From assembly GCA_002269645.1 (NCBI GenBank), contig NIVC01001948.1:62001-126000 (forward strand): a DNA stretch of 64,000 nucleotides. Direction: 5' to 3'. The notes under the pieces are model-generated. The model made no database searches. It was not told where the DNA came from and saw only the letters and a list, made by a program, of their open reading frames with translations. The number at the start of each line of letters is the position of its first letter. Position 1 is the first letter of the stretch. The translations under genes and the position numbers were made by a program. This stretch comes from Macrostomum lignano. Taxonomy: Eukaryota. Of this stretch, positions 25,201-35,450 are shown in pieces.

Positions 25201-27217
25201 AATCCGGGGTCGATGTGACGGGCGTCGATCAGCAGCCGAAGCGGGAGGCGTCTCTCGGTTATTACGTATTTTTCGTCATCTTTATCATTGTTGGCGCATT
25301 CTTCACCCTAAATCTGTTCATTGGTGTCATTATTGACAATTTCTACTCGTTGAAACGAAAGGTACGTGGTGCAGCTTTCAAAATAATAATATTGAATACA
25401 CAAAACTGATTTTTAGAGTGAAGCTTTGTTGTAATGGTTATGATTTTGACGTTCACTGTATTTGACTTTTTTAGAAAGAAAACGTTCTTGAAATGTTTTT
25501 GACTCCGAGCCAGCGCAGCTATTATCACACAATGAGAAAGCTGGGTAAGAAGAAACCGCAGAAGACTGTACAGAGACCCAAGGTTTGTGCATTTTGATTT
25601 GTAAGTGTTGATTCTCCAAAGCAAGATTTAATGTAATTAACTCTTTTTAACCTAAAAACATCCTACAGAATCGATTCCAAGACTTCTTCTTCGATGTTGC
25701 CATGAGCAGCAAATTCGAGATGGTGATTGTTATTCTGATATTCCTCAACATGGTGGCGATGATGATCGATCACTACAAGGAACAACCAGCGATCACCCAG
25801 TGCCTCAGCTTAATTAACATCATTTTCACGGCCGTGTTCACTGTTGAAGCAATCATCAAGATAATTGGTCTCAGATGGCACTATTTCCGATTCGCATGGA
25901 ACGTTTTCGATTTTGTTATCGTCATACTCAGTATTGTTGGTAAGTCATGGTGGCTATGATAGGAGGAGCATTGGAACACTCATATACAAAGAACGACGCA
26001 ATTGACTTGGTAGATTTGCAATACGCAAGTCCAGAAGGTGAGATATTAATCATCATTATCTCTTGTTTTTTTTCACCAAATAATTAATAGGTGCCATCCT
26101 GAGCGACTCAGTCAGCAACGTGTTTGTGCAGCCAACGCTACTTCGAGTAGTCAGAATATTCAGAATCGGTCGAGTTCTGCGCCTTATCAAAGCGGCTAAA
26201 GGCATCAGACAGTTGCTGTTCGCTCTGGTGATATCACTACCAGCCCTGTTCAACATTGGCGCTCTGTTAGCTCTGATTGTATTCATCTACTCAATAGTTG
26301 GCATGAGCCTATGGGGCAACGTCATTCACAATGGCGCTATCAACGACCTCGTCAACTTTGAGACCTTCGGCAGGAGCATGGTACTGCTGTTCCGGCTGAT
26401 TACCAGCGCCGGATGGAACGACGTTCTCGATGGCCTTATGGTTAAACCGCCGAGCTGCAACAGCACCCACATCATACGGAACGGCGTTGCTAAGGAGTCC
26501 AGCAATGGCAACTGCTCGATACCTGAGGTGGCCATTCTCTACATGGTAACCTTCGTGTTCTTCACCAGATTGATCGTTATCAATTTGTACATTGCAATCA
26601 TTCTGGAGAACTTCAGCCAGGCGCACGAACAAGAGGAGGTCGGCATCACCGATGACGATTTTGAGATGTTTTATCAGGTGTGGGAGCGGTACGACCCGCA
26701 TGCGTCACAGTACATCAAATACGACTTATTATCCGACTTCGTCGCTGACCTAGAAGAGCCGCTCGGCATACCAAAGCCGAATATCATCGCCCTGACCTCA
26801 TTCGACATAGCCATCGTCGAAGGCGACAAGTTGCACTGTCTAGACATCCTGGTATCGCTGGTCCGCAACGTTCTCGGCGATATCGAAGACTCGGACCAGT
26901 TCCGCGACACAATGAACGAAATTGAGAAGAAATTCCGCGACACTTTTCCAACCAGAGTCCGCACGGTGGCCATCTCAACCACAATGCGACGCAAGAAAGA
27001 GGATATCGCGGCCAAGACTTTACAGCGGGCCTGGCGAAGGCACAAAGCTCAGCTGGCATTCAAACAGGTGACAGAGAATGCCATGGCCATGGCCGGGCGG
27101 AACATTGCCAACATGCCGGGCGCGCCGGGTCAGCTGGACTACGGATCAACCGTGTCGCTGCGACACGCCAAACCGACAAAACCGGCCCCACCAAATGTCT
27201 TCACGATTGCCACTTGA
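13300..27217 (+). CDS. Nav2: Voltage-gated cation channel alpha subunit, Nav2 (DSC1/BSC1-like) class, ~1933 aa, 21 exons
   Basis: Exons 13300-13827, 14333-14541, 14631-14759, 14843-14952, 15536-15984, 16483-16617, 17129-17197, 18232-18591, 18951-19074, 19386-19609, 19906-20076, 20628-20975, 21526-21811, 22349-22734, 23055-23228, 23325-23453, 24279-24551, 25170-25361, 25475-25582, 25669-25939, 26091-27217. All are GT-AG and phase-consistent (5802 nt). There are four S4 segments; pore loops TLDFW, CGEWI, TFEGW, TSAGW; III-IV linker EMFLTPSQ; and an IQ-like [12 protein letters not shown]. Confidence 0.95.
13940..14245. repeat. ~58-bp tandem repeat, each unit carrying CTGATTGGC (reverse CCAAT box), Nav2 intron 1
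   Basis: CTGATTGGC occurs at 13947, 14005, 14065, 14120, 14179 and 14235. Confidence 0.8.
14990..15400. repeat. Degenerate ~10-bp (TAGGTAGATT-like) repeat, Nav2 intron 4
   Basis: Visible periodic TTAGGT/TAGATT units. Confidence 0.7.
16095..16390. repeat. Two adjacent ~20-21-bp minisatellites (TTACACCTGT.. and ACAGGTGATCATTTTGATAG), Nav2 intron 5
   Basis: Tandem units are visible. Confidence 0.7.
16682..16925 (+). mobile_element. tRNA-derived SINE, family A copy 1 (Nav2 intron 6)
   Basis: It has an A-box-like TAGCCCAGTGG and a B-box-like GGCTCGATTCC. The head and body are shared with an opposite-strand copy at 53720-54021. Confidence 0.7.
17834..18195. repeat. 15-bp minisatellite (CAGTCTGACCCATCTG-type), Nav2 intron 7
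   Basis: Tandem units are visible. They generate the spurious [16 protein letters not shown] ORFs. Confidence 0.9.
18623..18860. repeat. ~10-bp (GTAGTTCAGT/GTAGCTCAGT) repeat, Nav2 intron 8
   Basis: Tandem units are visible. Confidence 0.75.
20100..20570. repeat. Degenerate ~10-bp (GCTGTAGG) repeat, Nav2 intron 11
   Basis: Periodic CTGTAG units. Confidence 0.7.
21015..21475. repeat. 21-bp minisatellite (TTAGATATGAGGTGTCACCTG), Nav2 intron 12
   Basis: Tandem units are visible. Confidence 0.85.
21890..22149 (-). mobile_element. CORE-type (MIR-like) tRNA-derived SINE, Nav2 intron 13
   Basis: The minus strand reads AGCCTAAGTGGTTGGAGCGTCGGACTCACGACTG (tRNA-like head) then TTGAGCAAGACACTTAA...CTTCAGTTCACC..CTGTAAAATGGGT. 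This resembles the recalled MIR core TTGGGCAAGTCACTTAA..CTCAGTTTCCTCATCTGTAAAATGGG. Confidence 0.65.
24712..24992. repeat. 33-bp minisatellite (ATGAGCCATGAGTCATAAGAGTCGGAGGTTAGT) x~8, Nav2 intron 17
   Basis: Near-identical tandem units. Confidence 0.9.
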
Positions 27218-27529
27218 TGATTAATTACTAATTAGACACACCGTTTAAGAATTGTCGTTTTTACCTGTAAAATGTGTTTTTATATGTGGATTTCGATCGT
27301 TATAATGCTTGCCTGATGCAAATGAAGCTTTGCCTAAACTTTTAAAACATGCTATATGATTATAATACAATAATTCACTCGCTTAGATGAATGTGTACGC
27401 CTGTAATTTTGATAACTACTTGTAGTAGTACTGTTGTAGCGAATTCAAGAATTCAAGTCAAGAAAGGAATCACATTGCTACGAGAAAGGAATCAATTTAA
27501 AGGGAGAAGTTTTCGAATCTTCCACCCAA

Positions 27530-27535
27530 AATAAA
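27530..27535 (+). promoter_or_regulatory. Candidate polyadenylation signal of Nav2
   Basis: AATAAA lies ~310 nt after the stop codon. Position is the only evidence. Confidence 0.35.
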
Positions 27536-28034
27536 AATTCGATTTAAGTGGATTGGCTGGTTTGACGTATATACTGGTGGGTAAAACAAGTAGAAGCTAC
27601 TTAAACTTAAGTGTAGAACTATGTAGGTTGCTCCTCATTACGTCGATAGAATTCCCTAACTTCGAAAAGGAATTGAATATTGCTATTGTCAAAATAAATT
27701 TCTGTAGTTTCATCATACGCCCTGTCATACAACCCCCAACAACTTGTTTCGTCGCAAATATAAATCACTGGTTTTAAACAAGCTACAAAACTATTGTTAG
27801 ATACTACTAACTTGAATAGTAGTAATACTTTTACACAGTTTTTTATATTATTAGTGACTGAAAATTGGGGTACAGTACAGACTCGCCCTCCTTGTTCTTT
27901 CAAAAGAAATTTGCGAGTTATGTGGTTATCTGCAAAAATGATCGATGGTTTTGACTTGGTGAATACTAATGGAACGTTTTAAGTAGTGTGAGCTTCTTAT
28001 TTTCAACCCGAGTTATGAGAGCTAGCCCATTTTT

Positions 28035-29620
28035 CTTCAATACCGTTGAGTTTTTCTGCACCAGTTCGTAAATGACGTCGAATTGAACTGCTATTTACCT
28101 GATTATTGGATCTTTCACTTAATAATATTCTTAATAATTGATAAATACTGAATGCACTTGTTTGTTCGTAGCATGCTTTGGAGTTTTTGAGACGAGCAGA
28201 AAGTATATTGTCTGTGTCAGGTAAAAGCAAAGCTACCTTGCATATAACGCGACACCATCCGCAATATCCTTCAGAGCAAGCATAGCAATACATCTTTGTT
28301 TTACATGTAGTAAAGCTAATTAGCACAAATAACCTACACAATTCATTTTACTCTCATACGACAGCAGTTCTTATCGAGCTGCAGTGTCAGGTGCCCGAGT
28401 TGCAAAACGGACACGAGAATTACCTGGTCGCCGGTCCAGGCGCTGCCGAAGGCGCAGTCGCCCCTGCAAAACAATCCGCCACCGCTGAAGCCACCGCCAG
28501 ATCCAAAGATGGTCATTCAGCTGCCTTCGCTGACTCCGAAGAAGCCTCAATCGCAGACGAGCTGTCGCTCTCTTATGAATGGATAATTGACTGTGGTGTC
28601 GGTCTGCTGAACTCTTACAATCAAAAATAGCAAGTATGCTTTGCTAAAACAACCGCTTCCTGTGAAACTTATGAGTGTGCTGTTTTAAATTCACTCTTTT
28701 ATGGCAAAGGTCAGTCAGGGCACAATAAAGACAGCATTTTCCTGAATAGTGAAAAAGTTCACTTCAACGAACTCTCTCTCTCTCCTTCCTTTTCTGACTT
28801 TATCAGTGACGAACGGATTCATACATCTCTACCACCTCCCTGCATCTCTGCCACCTTCCTGCATCTCTGACATACCCCTGCATCTCTTTCATATCCCTGC
28901 ATCAAAGCATCTTCCTGCATCTCAACACCTCCCTGCATCTCTCCCATCTAGCAGTACAAGCAGTACGGAAGGGCGCAGATGCAGGAAGGCAACTACAGAG
29001 AGCTGCAGCCGAGCGGCCTTGGCATGGGCCGAAAGCAGATACTGAAAGACGGCTTAGCCCAGAAATCTGGTCCGCTCGTCTAAAAAAGCCTTCAGAAATT
29101 TTCTGGCAGGAAAAAAAGACGAGCGGCTTCGGACAGACGAGTGCATTCAGTGTTTATTAATTATTAGGAATTGAGAACTGTTTGAGTTGTCTGAGTGCAA
29201 ACTCAGTAGCTGTGAAAGATCCACGAATCAGGTAAGCAGCAGTTCAGTTCGAAAAGTTTCAGAAAAGGTAGGTCGTACAGCAAAAAAATTTATTGAGGAA
29301 AAGTTGCCTTCGGGTGTGAACAAAAAGCCGGTTGAAGGCAACAAAGCTGGATTCAACAAGCGGCTGCAGCGGCCTCAGGTGACCGAGTCGCACGCGGCTG
29401 AGGCCGACTCCAGCAGGACGGACACGAAGCTCTGGTCGCCTGTCCAGGTGCCGCCGACACAAGCAGCCGCCTCTGCAGAAGGAGCCGCTGGCTCCAGCAG
29501 TGCCTTTCGCTGAGCTGGTCCTGCTGCCGCCTCCGTCGCCTCCGCCAAAGCCTCCATCGCAGACGCTGCCGTCTCCGGCGCTGCCGCCTCTCTCGCCGTC
29601 CGAAGAGTTCCGTCTGGGGC
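28035..29620. pseudogene. Two decayed paralogous coding-like blocks of unknown family
   Basis: 28380-28570 resembles 29430-29600 in direct orientation (FCRGxC..WTGDQ..VSVL..LGHL on the minus strand, with a frameshift in one copy). 28035-28210(-) resembles 29070-29305(+) (SARLK..QTSAFSxY, with a stop in one copy). Confidence 0.35.
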
Positions 29621-30339
29621 TGACGGCCTTGCCGAGCCAGCCGGCGCTGCAGCCACCGTGGTTGTTATTAAGGCGGGTGCTAGCGGGATTGTTGGAGCCC
29701 GGCTGACCATTGGAGCCGCCGAATCCGGAGTGTTCGCTGTTGGCTCACGTGCTGTCCGAACCGTTTATCCCAGTCTCTCCTGATTTTCCTACATCGCCAT
29801 CAATCAAAATGTGTATCAATGGGGCTTTTTGCTTTTCATAATTTACAATTTACACAACTGCGGCCACTGAGCTCGCCATTTGTAAAGCGGGAAGCTTCGC
29901 CACCTCCGCCGGCTGCCAGCAGCAGCAGCTGGTCAACCGTCCGGTACACGAAGCTCCGGAACAAAGTCTGAGCAGAGGCGTTTTTTGGAGCCAATCCCAG
30001 ACACGAGCTGTCCTCATGGCACAGGAGCTTTGTCTATCCATGGTGCTTTAGCGGTGTTTCTAAATAATAACAATTAATAATTACAAGCGGTCTGTTGTTC
30101 CACACAGCAAGAGATGAGGCAGTTCTGCCCTGAGCACATCTCCTGAGAGCACCAATACTTTACACGCACTTTACACGGGGGGGGGGGAGTGTGACATTAG
30201 CCGGCCGGAAGTTAGGAGGCGGACGGTAGTACCAGCGGCATTACCCGACAGGCTGGCATTTCGGAGGGAAATGAAGGATCCCTGATCACAAATGTTTTGT
30301 CCAACATTTGTTACACTGAATCTTTTGCTGTCCTTCTGT

Positions 30340-30512
30340 GCGCTCCGTGCTCCATTCTGAGGCCCTGGATGACGGGCTCAAGGCTCGCGGCTGTTTCAGG
30401 CAGTCGTTGAGACTGTCTTGTTGTACAACGCCGAGACCTGGACCCTGACGGACGCTTTGGAGAGGCAGCTGGAAGCTGGCGGCGACTTCGACTGGCTGGC
30501 CACGTCATCCGT
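30340..30512 (+). mobile_element. Internally deleted RTE-like LINE fragment
   Basis: Encodes LFQAVVETVLLYNAETWTLTDALERQLEA joined to RRLRLAGHVIR, the same family as 31807-32356. Confidence 0.75.
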
Positions 30513-31806
30513 GGGTTGTGAATTTCTGAGAGCTTTGGCCCAGAGAAGCGCTCTCTGACTTCTCCACTCTTTCTAGCCACTGCGTGGCTGGCGGGTGAAG
30601 TACTTTGTTGTTTGTCGTTGTTTTGCTGTCGCTATTATAAACAAATATTTTTACCAAGGAGGCTGATTGGAGTTTTGTAAAATCTAGCTCCTTTGAGAAC
30701 TGAGTTTTGTTTAAACGCATGTACATGTACGCTCGCACGTGTAACAATCAAAAACAAATTTGGTCTAAACAAGAAGTGACCATTATAGTGACCCAGTTGC
30801 TTTTTATTTATTTCTTGTTACAAATCAGTTGCTGGTTTGACAATATTATAAATATGTGGAAATTACCTGTATGTGCTGTGTGATATGGCTCGGCTGCAGT
30901 TTATAATGAAAGAAAATATAAAATGATGAACGCTGAAAAAGCAATGCATTTTCAAAACAAAAATGTTAGGATTTCATTATTTGTGCTAAAAAGCAAATCA
31001 TTTTTGGTGTATCATGGTTTAAAGGATGGATTTCGAAAAGACAGTTAAGTCTGTCATGGTCTAAACCATTCATAATAATGTAATTAAACACAATGGATAA
31101 ATCACGCACGTCACGCACTGCGACCGCTGATTCTTTGCATTGTTTTTCTGTTTGACGATCCTACAGACAATGCATTGTTTGTAGTAATGGATTGTTCTGC
31201 AATAAAAATGTGAATAATGATCGTCAAATTGCTAAACAATGAATAAAACATGTGCGTGGGTACATTAATGTCGTAGACAAGCCTCGAACTGAATCGCAAC
31301 ATGGTTCGTGGCGGCTTCGTCGTCCAAGAGCCAGACACGATTAAAGCTGAGCTGCTCTGACCCTGACAGTTCCTTTGCTTTAGAACTTTCTTAGATCACG
31401 ACAGAGCTACCTTACAATGTGCAACTGTTTCTGTAGCAACTTTCAGTTACGTTCACAGCAGCAACATTGTTTGAGGATTCCATTTCAGAGGGACTTGTAG
31501 TGGCACTTGCAGTAAGCAGCCCGCAGCAGATAATAAGCGCGCAGTATGCGGATGTCATGCTGTTGGCAGTAATTTTTCTGGATTAGCCTCAGCTGTACAG
31601 AATAAAAGTAAATGCAACATTGTCAGATTAAAATAATAATTTGGCATACTCAACATCTATAAAAGTGTTAACATCCTTCAATGCCGACTTTTTACGCTGT
31701 AGTTACTACTACAGCTAAAAAATTAACAATTTTGCTAATGCGTCTGGCGGACATTGTGAACTGCGTGAGGTGCCTGCCAAGAATAAGTGGGGACAGCTAC
31801 AGGCTA

Positions 31807-32356
31807 ACAACAACAACAACAAAATACGCTGTCAGGATGGCAAAAGTCAGCGTCACAGGGCGCGCTTCATGGCTTGGGCGCGAACAAAGGCCGCGCCACC
31901 GGCAGTGTCCGGGGCGCCGGCGTCAGCCAGCAGACAGTCGAAGTAACGCCGAGTTCGCGCTTGACCTCGCCGGTAGGGTGCCTGCAGCGTGAGCAGCAGC
32001 ACCTCCTGCACCGGCTGTGGGCAGTACGACTCGGTGCGGATGAGATGGCCTGCGAGCTGGAGTCGCCGACGGCGCAGTAGATCGCTTGGACGTGGCAGGC
32101 CAGCGCGGCGATAGAGTGCCGCGTTGTTGACTCGCTCGACGCCGATGTTGAAGGCGGCGCGCAGCAGGCCAGCGTGCGCCGCATCGACTTGCTGTTCGAG
32201 TGAGTCCGTCAGCGTCCAGGTCTCGGCGTTGTAGAGCAGGACGGTCTCGATTACCGCCTGGAACAGCGCCGCCCTCTGGCGGTCCGGTAGGGCCTCGGAC
32301 TGCAGGACTGCCCTCACAGAACGAAAGGCAGCCCAGGCAAGCCCGCGGCGGCGTCG
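31807..32356 (-). mobile_element. 5'-truncated RTE-like non-LTR retrotransposon with (TTG)n tail and 7-bp TSD
   Basis: The ORF has the post-RT motifs AWAAF..LLYNAETWTLT..RRRRLQLAGHLIR and an intact frame. The element ends in a TTG tail. CAGGCTA is duplicated at 31800-31806 and 32357-32363. Confidence 0.85.
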
Positions 32357-33373
32357 CAGGCTAGTAAGGTGCACCAGAGTCGCAGAACTCTCCATCAGCT
32401 CCATCAATAATAGATTCTGGGTACTGCTAACTCAGAAGTAAGTGCCCTTGTTGTCAGAAACTTTTGCACTGAGACTGAGACCTAGAAGCTCTTATGCATT
32501 TACTGGAAATGAAAATTGTCTTTTATACTACATGTCACAGACATTTTAAACTTGCATGCAATTAGCTTTGCGCTGTGCTCTAGCTCTGTTTAATATTTAC
32601 AGTACAATAGCATTTTAAAATTGAGTTTTAAGATTGCATACATGACTCTTCATATATCTTGCTCGAAATCAGCCTCTGTACCATAGTTAGCGTCCGACTT
32701 AAAAATGAGATAATGCACAATGAGATATAAATGATGTGCATGATAGTACTTTGGTAAAACGTTTTAATCATAATCAGCTATGTCCTGAGAAATCTCTACA
32801 GTTTGATTCGGGACTTGATTAATGACCCAAAATCGAGCCGGCTGCCGGCTTATGGTTAAATGAAAAAATAACTTCAACACAGTATGCTGCAAGAGCTTGT
32901 CAATGTTTCCTAATACTCCTACTGACTAAAGTTTTATTTGAATAACAGCAGAACAGGAATGCAATCAATAGCTACCAGTATAACCAACTGTGCTGAATCC
33001 AGCCAATAAAGAGACGAGATTCTTCTGCAATACCTCAAGACTGCGGCGGAGCTTTCAAAGAAATTAGCCTGTTCCGTCTGCTGTTCCATTGTTCCCGAAT
33101 TGCCTGGCACAAAGGCTGACTAACAATGCATAAATTTTCTCTTTAACTTGTAGAAAATTGCTTTAGAACTCTTTTTTAAGTGCGTTGTGAGAAGTTTCTG
33201 TTCTGGGAACTTACTCCTAGAGATGAAGCTATGTTCCTGTATTCACTCGCAGCAACGCAGTAAAAAACTGGATGCAAGCTTAAATTTTTACTGCTATAGA
33301 TTTTTATCTATTAACGACTCGCTCCGGAACAAGCAAAGATGCAGAGCGGCTCTTTGTTTGCAGTCACTTTACC

Positions 33374-33867
33374 CAGGGGCGTAGCCAGGAATTTTGATTG
33401 AGGGGGGGCCGTGAGTTAGAGGGCGCCAGCTTCTTATAGGGGGGCGCCAGTTTCTTATAGGGGGGGGCGCCAGTTTCTTTTAGGGGGGGGGGCGCCAGTT
33501 TCTTTTAGGGGGGCGCCAGTTTCTTATAGGGGGGCACCAGTTTCTTATAGGGGGGGGGCGCCAGTTTCTTTTAGGGGGGGGGGGCGCCAGTTTCTTTTAG
33601 GGGGGCGCCAGTTTCTTATAGGGGGGCACCAGTTTCTTATAGGGGGGGGGGGCGCCAGTTTCTTTTAGGGGGGGGGCGCCAGTTTCTTTTAGGGGGGCGC
33701 CAGTTTCTTATAGGGGGGGCAACAGTTTCTTTTAGGGGGGGGGGGCGCCAGTTTCTTATAGGGGGGGGGGCGCCAGTTTCTTTTAGGGGGGGGGGGGCGC
33801 CAAGGCCAGAGTTGGTGATTGGGGGGGGGCCACGGCCCCCCTTGCCCCCCTTCTGGCTACGCCCCTG
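33374..33867. mobile_element. Non-autonomous hAT-type MITE (15-bp TIR, 8-bp TSD) filled with a G-rich minisatellite
   Basis: Perfect TIRs CAGGGGCGTAGCCAG (33374-33388) and CTGGCTACGCCCCTG (33853-33867). ACTTTACC flanks both sides (33366-33373 and 33868-33875). Confidence 0.9.
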
Positions 33868-33929
33868 ACTTTACCTTCACTTGTGGCCTGCTCTTGGTTG
33901 GCTCTTCGTCCCAACGAACTGAAGACAAA

Positions 33930-35450
33930 ACATGGCGTCGCAAATTAGTAGATCAAAATCTGCATTTCCGAAGGTGCACCGAAGCTCGACATCAAATGTG
34001 TGCCAAATTTTGACTTGGAGTCTCAATGACATCTTAGCCGCAATGGATCCAGACGTGGAATAGCTTCGAGGTAGATCTACCAGGAGGCTCTTAAAAGAAG
34101 CGTAAAAGAAAGCAGAAACCAAATATTGTACTAACAGCCAGACGAGTCATTCAGCAAAATGGTAGATGGCTGTGAAGGAAATTTCAAGCAGATGCAATTT
34201 CTCAAGATGCTGCAAGAATTGCGAAGAATTCCAGTTAAGAGATCGCATATCGTCAAAAGACACAGGGACAGCAAAACTGTGGAGACACTGAAGCTGCGAA
34301 GAAGATTTGCAAAGCTTCAGAATAATCGCATAAGAAAAGCTCCATCATGACTGGTGAGCACAGCATATCTACACTGAGGAATAAATCCTCCCTACCGAAT
34401 GAACAACATCGAGCCTAAATCCGTAGAAAGTTAGGGAACGCTGGAAATTTTACTGTCGAGATGCGGCTGGGATCAACAAATCTTAAGTCTTTGTCCTACA
34501 ATGTATCAAATGTCCAATCATCTCGCCAGACATGCAAGGCTGTTCACATAATTAACGCGAATTTCTCGAAGCAGATGCAGTACAGACAAAAGCACAAGCT
34601 ACAGACTGTTTCCGCGCTCATCAGTGACTTACTTAGGGAGCAATTGATGTCAGAATTCCCAGAGGTCATCAGCGGAGGGACCAAGCCGATGCCTGGAGAG
34701 ACGTTCAGGATTCAACTAGCAGTGCCATTCTCTGTCATGATGACCCCAAGGAAATTTTCTAAATCCCTGAAACCAAAGTTAAAAGAACTGGAAGAGCTCG
34801 AAAAACAGTACATCATCAGAAAAATGAGCGATCCAACAGAGTGGTGCGCGCCGATAACAGTGCTGTCCAAGAAGGGTTCTGACAGATTCGATTCTCTGAT
34901 CACCTGCGTTACTTGAACAAATTCGTAACGCGCTAGAGATATCAAAGCAGTATTGGGTTTGAAGTAGTATCCAGAATGCCAGCAAACTCGCGGTTCTTCA
35001 CAACAGGTAGACGCCCTGAAAAGATATCACCATGCAGGTGCCTTTGGACACCGAATCACAAAAGCTAACGGCATTCGTAACACCCTTCATTCGATAAATC
35101 AGTTCAATTTACTGAACACTCTATAATAGAAGAATAGACGAAGCGCTGCAAGGGATGGAGAACATCAACCCCATCGTGAACGAAATTATCTTAGCTCATG
35201 CTGATACAACATGAGCACCTGCATGAAGTCCGGAGATTTCTAACTCAATGTAAGAATTTTAATTCTGGATTTTATTGAATATGCAAAATTCAAAATAGCA
35301 GAACCGTCTGTAATTAACCTTCGCAGGCTTCCGCATTGACTCTAACGGGTACACAATCGACCCAGGGATCGGATCGCAAAGGCTATCCGGAATTCCCGAA
35401 ACCGAGACTCGACCTGCCACCGAGGGGAGCTTCTAAAGAAAAACGAGTTC
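33930..35450 (+). mobile_element. Degenerate Ty3/Gypsy gag-pol remnant
   Basis: RT-like segments DPTEWCAPITVLSKKG, VDALKRYH/QVPLDTESQKLTAFVTPF and FAGFRIDSNGYTIDP are broken by frameshifts and stops. The catalytic (Y/V)VDD motif reads IVNE. Confidence 0.8.

Noticed and set aside
20607-27059. Antisense and off-frame ORFs overlapping Nav2 exons (e.g. 22321-22869, 26309-26701)
   Set aside because: Shadow ORFs of GC-rich coding exons with no recognisable motifs.
13300-27217. Calling the channel Nav1/para or a Cav
   Set aside because: The domain III filter residue is E rather than K, domain IV is A rather than E/D, and the linker has MFL, which fits Nav2.
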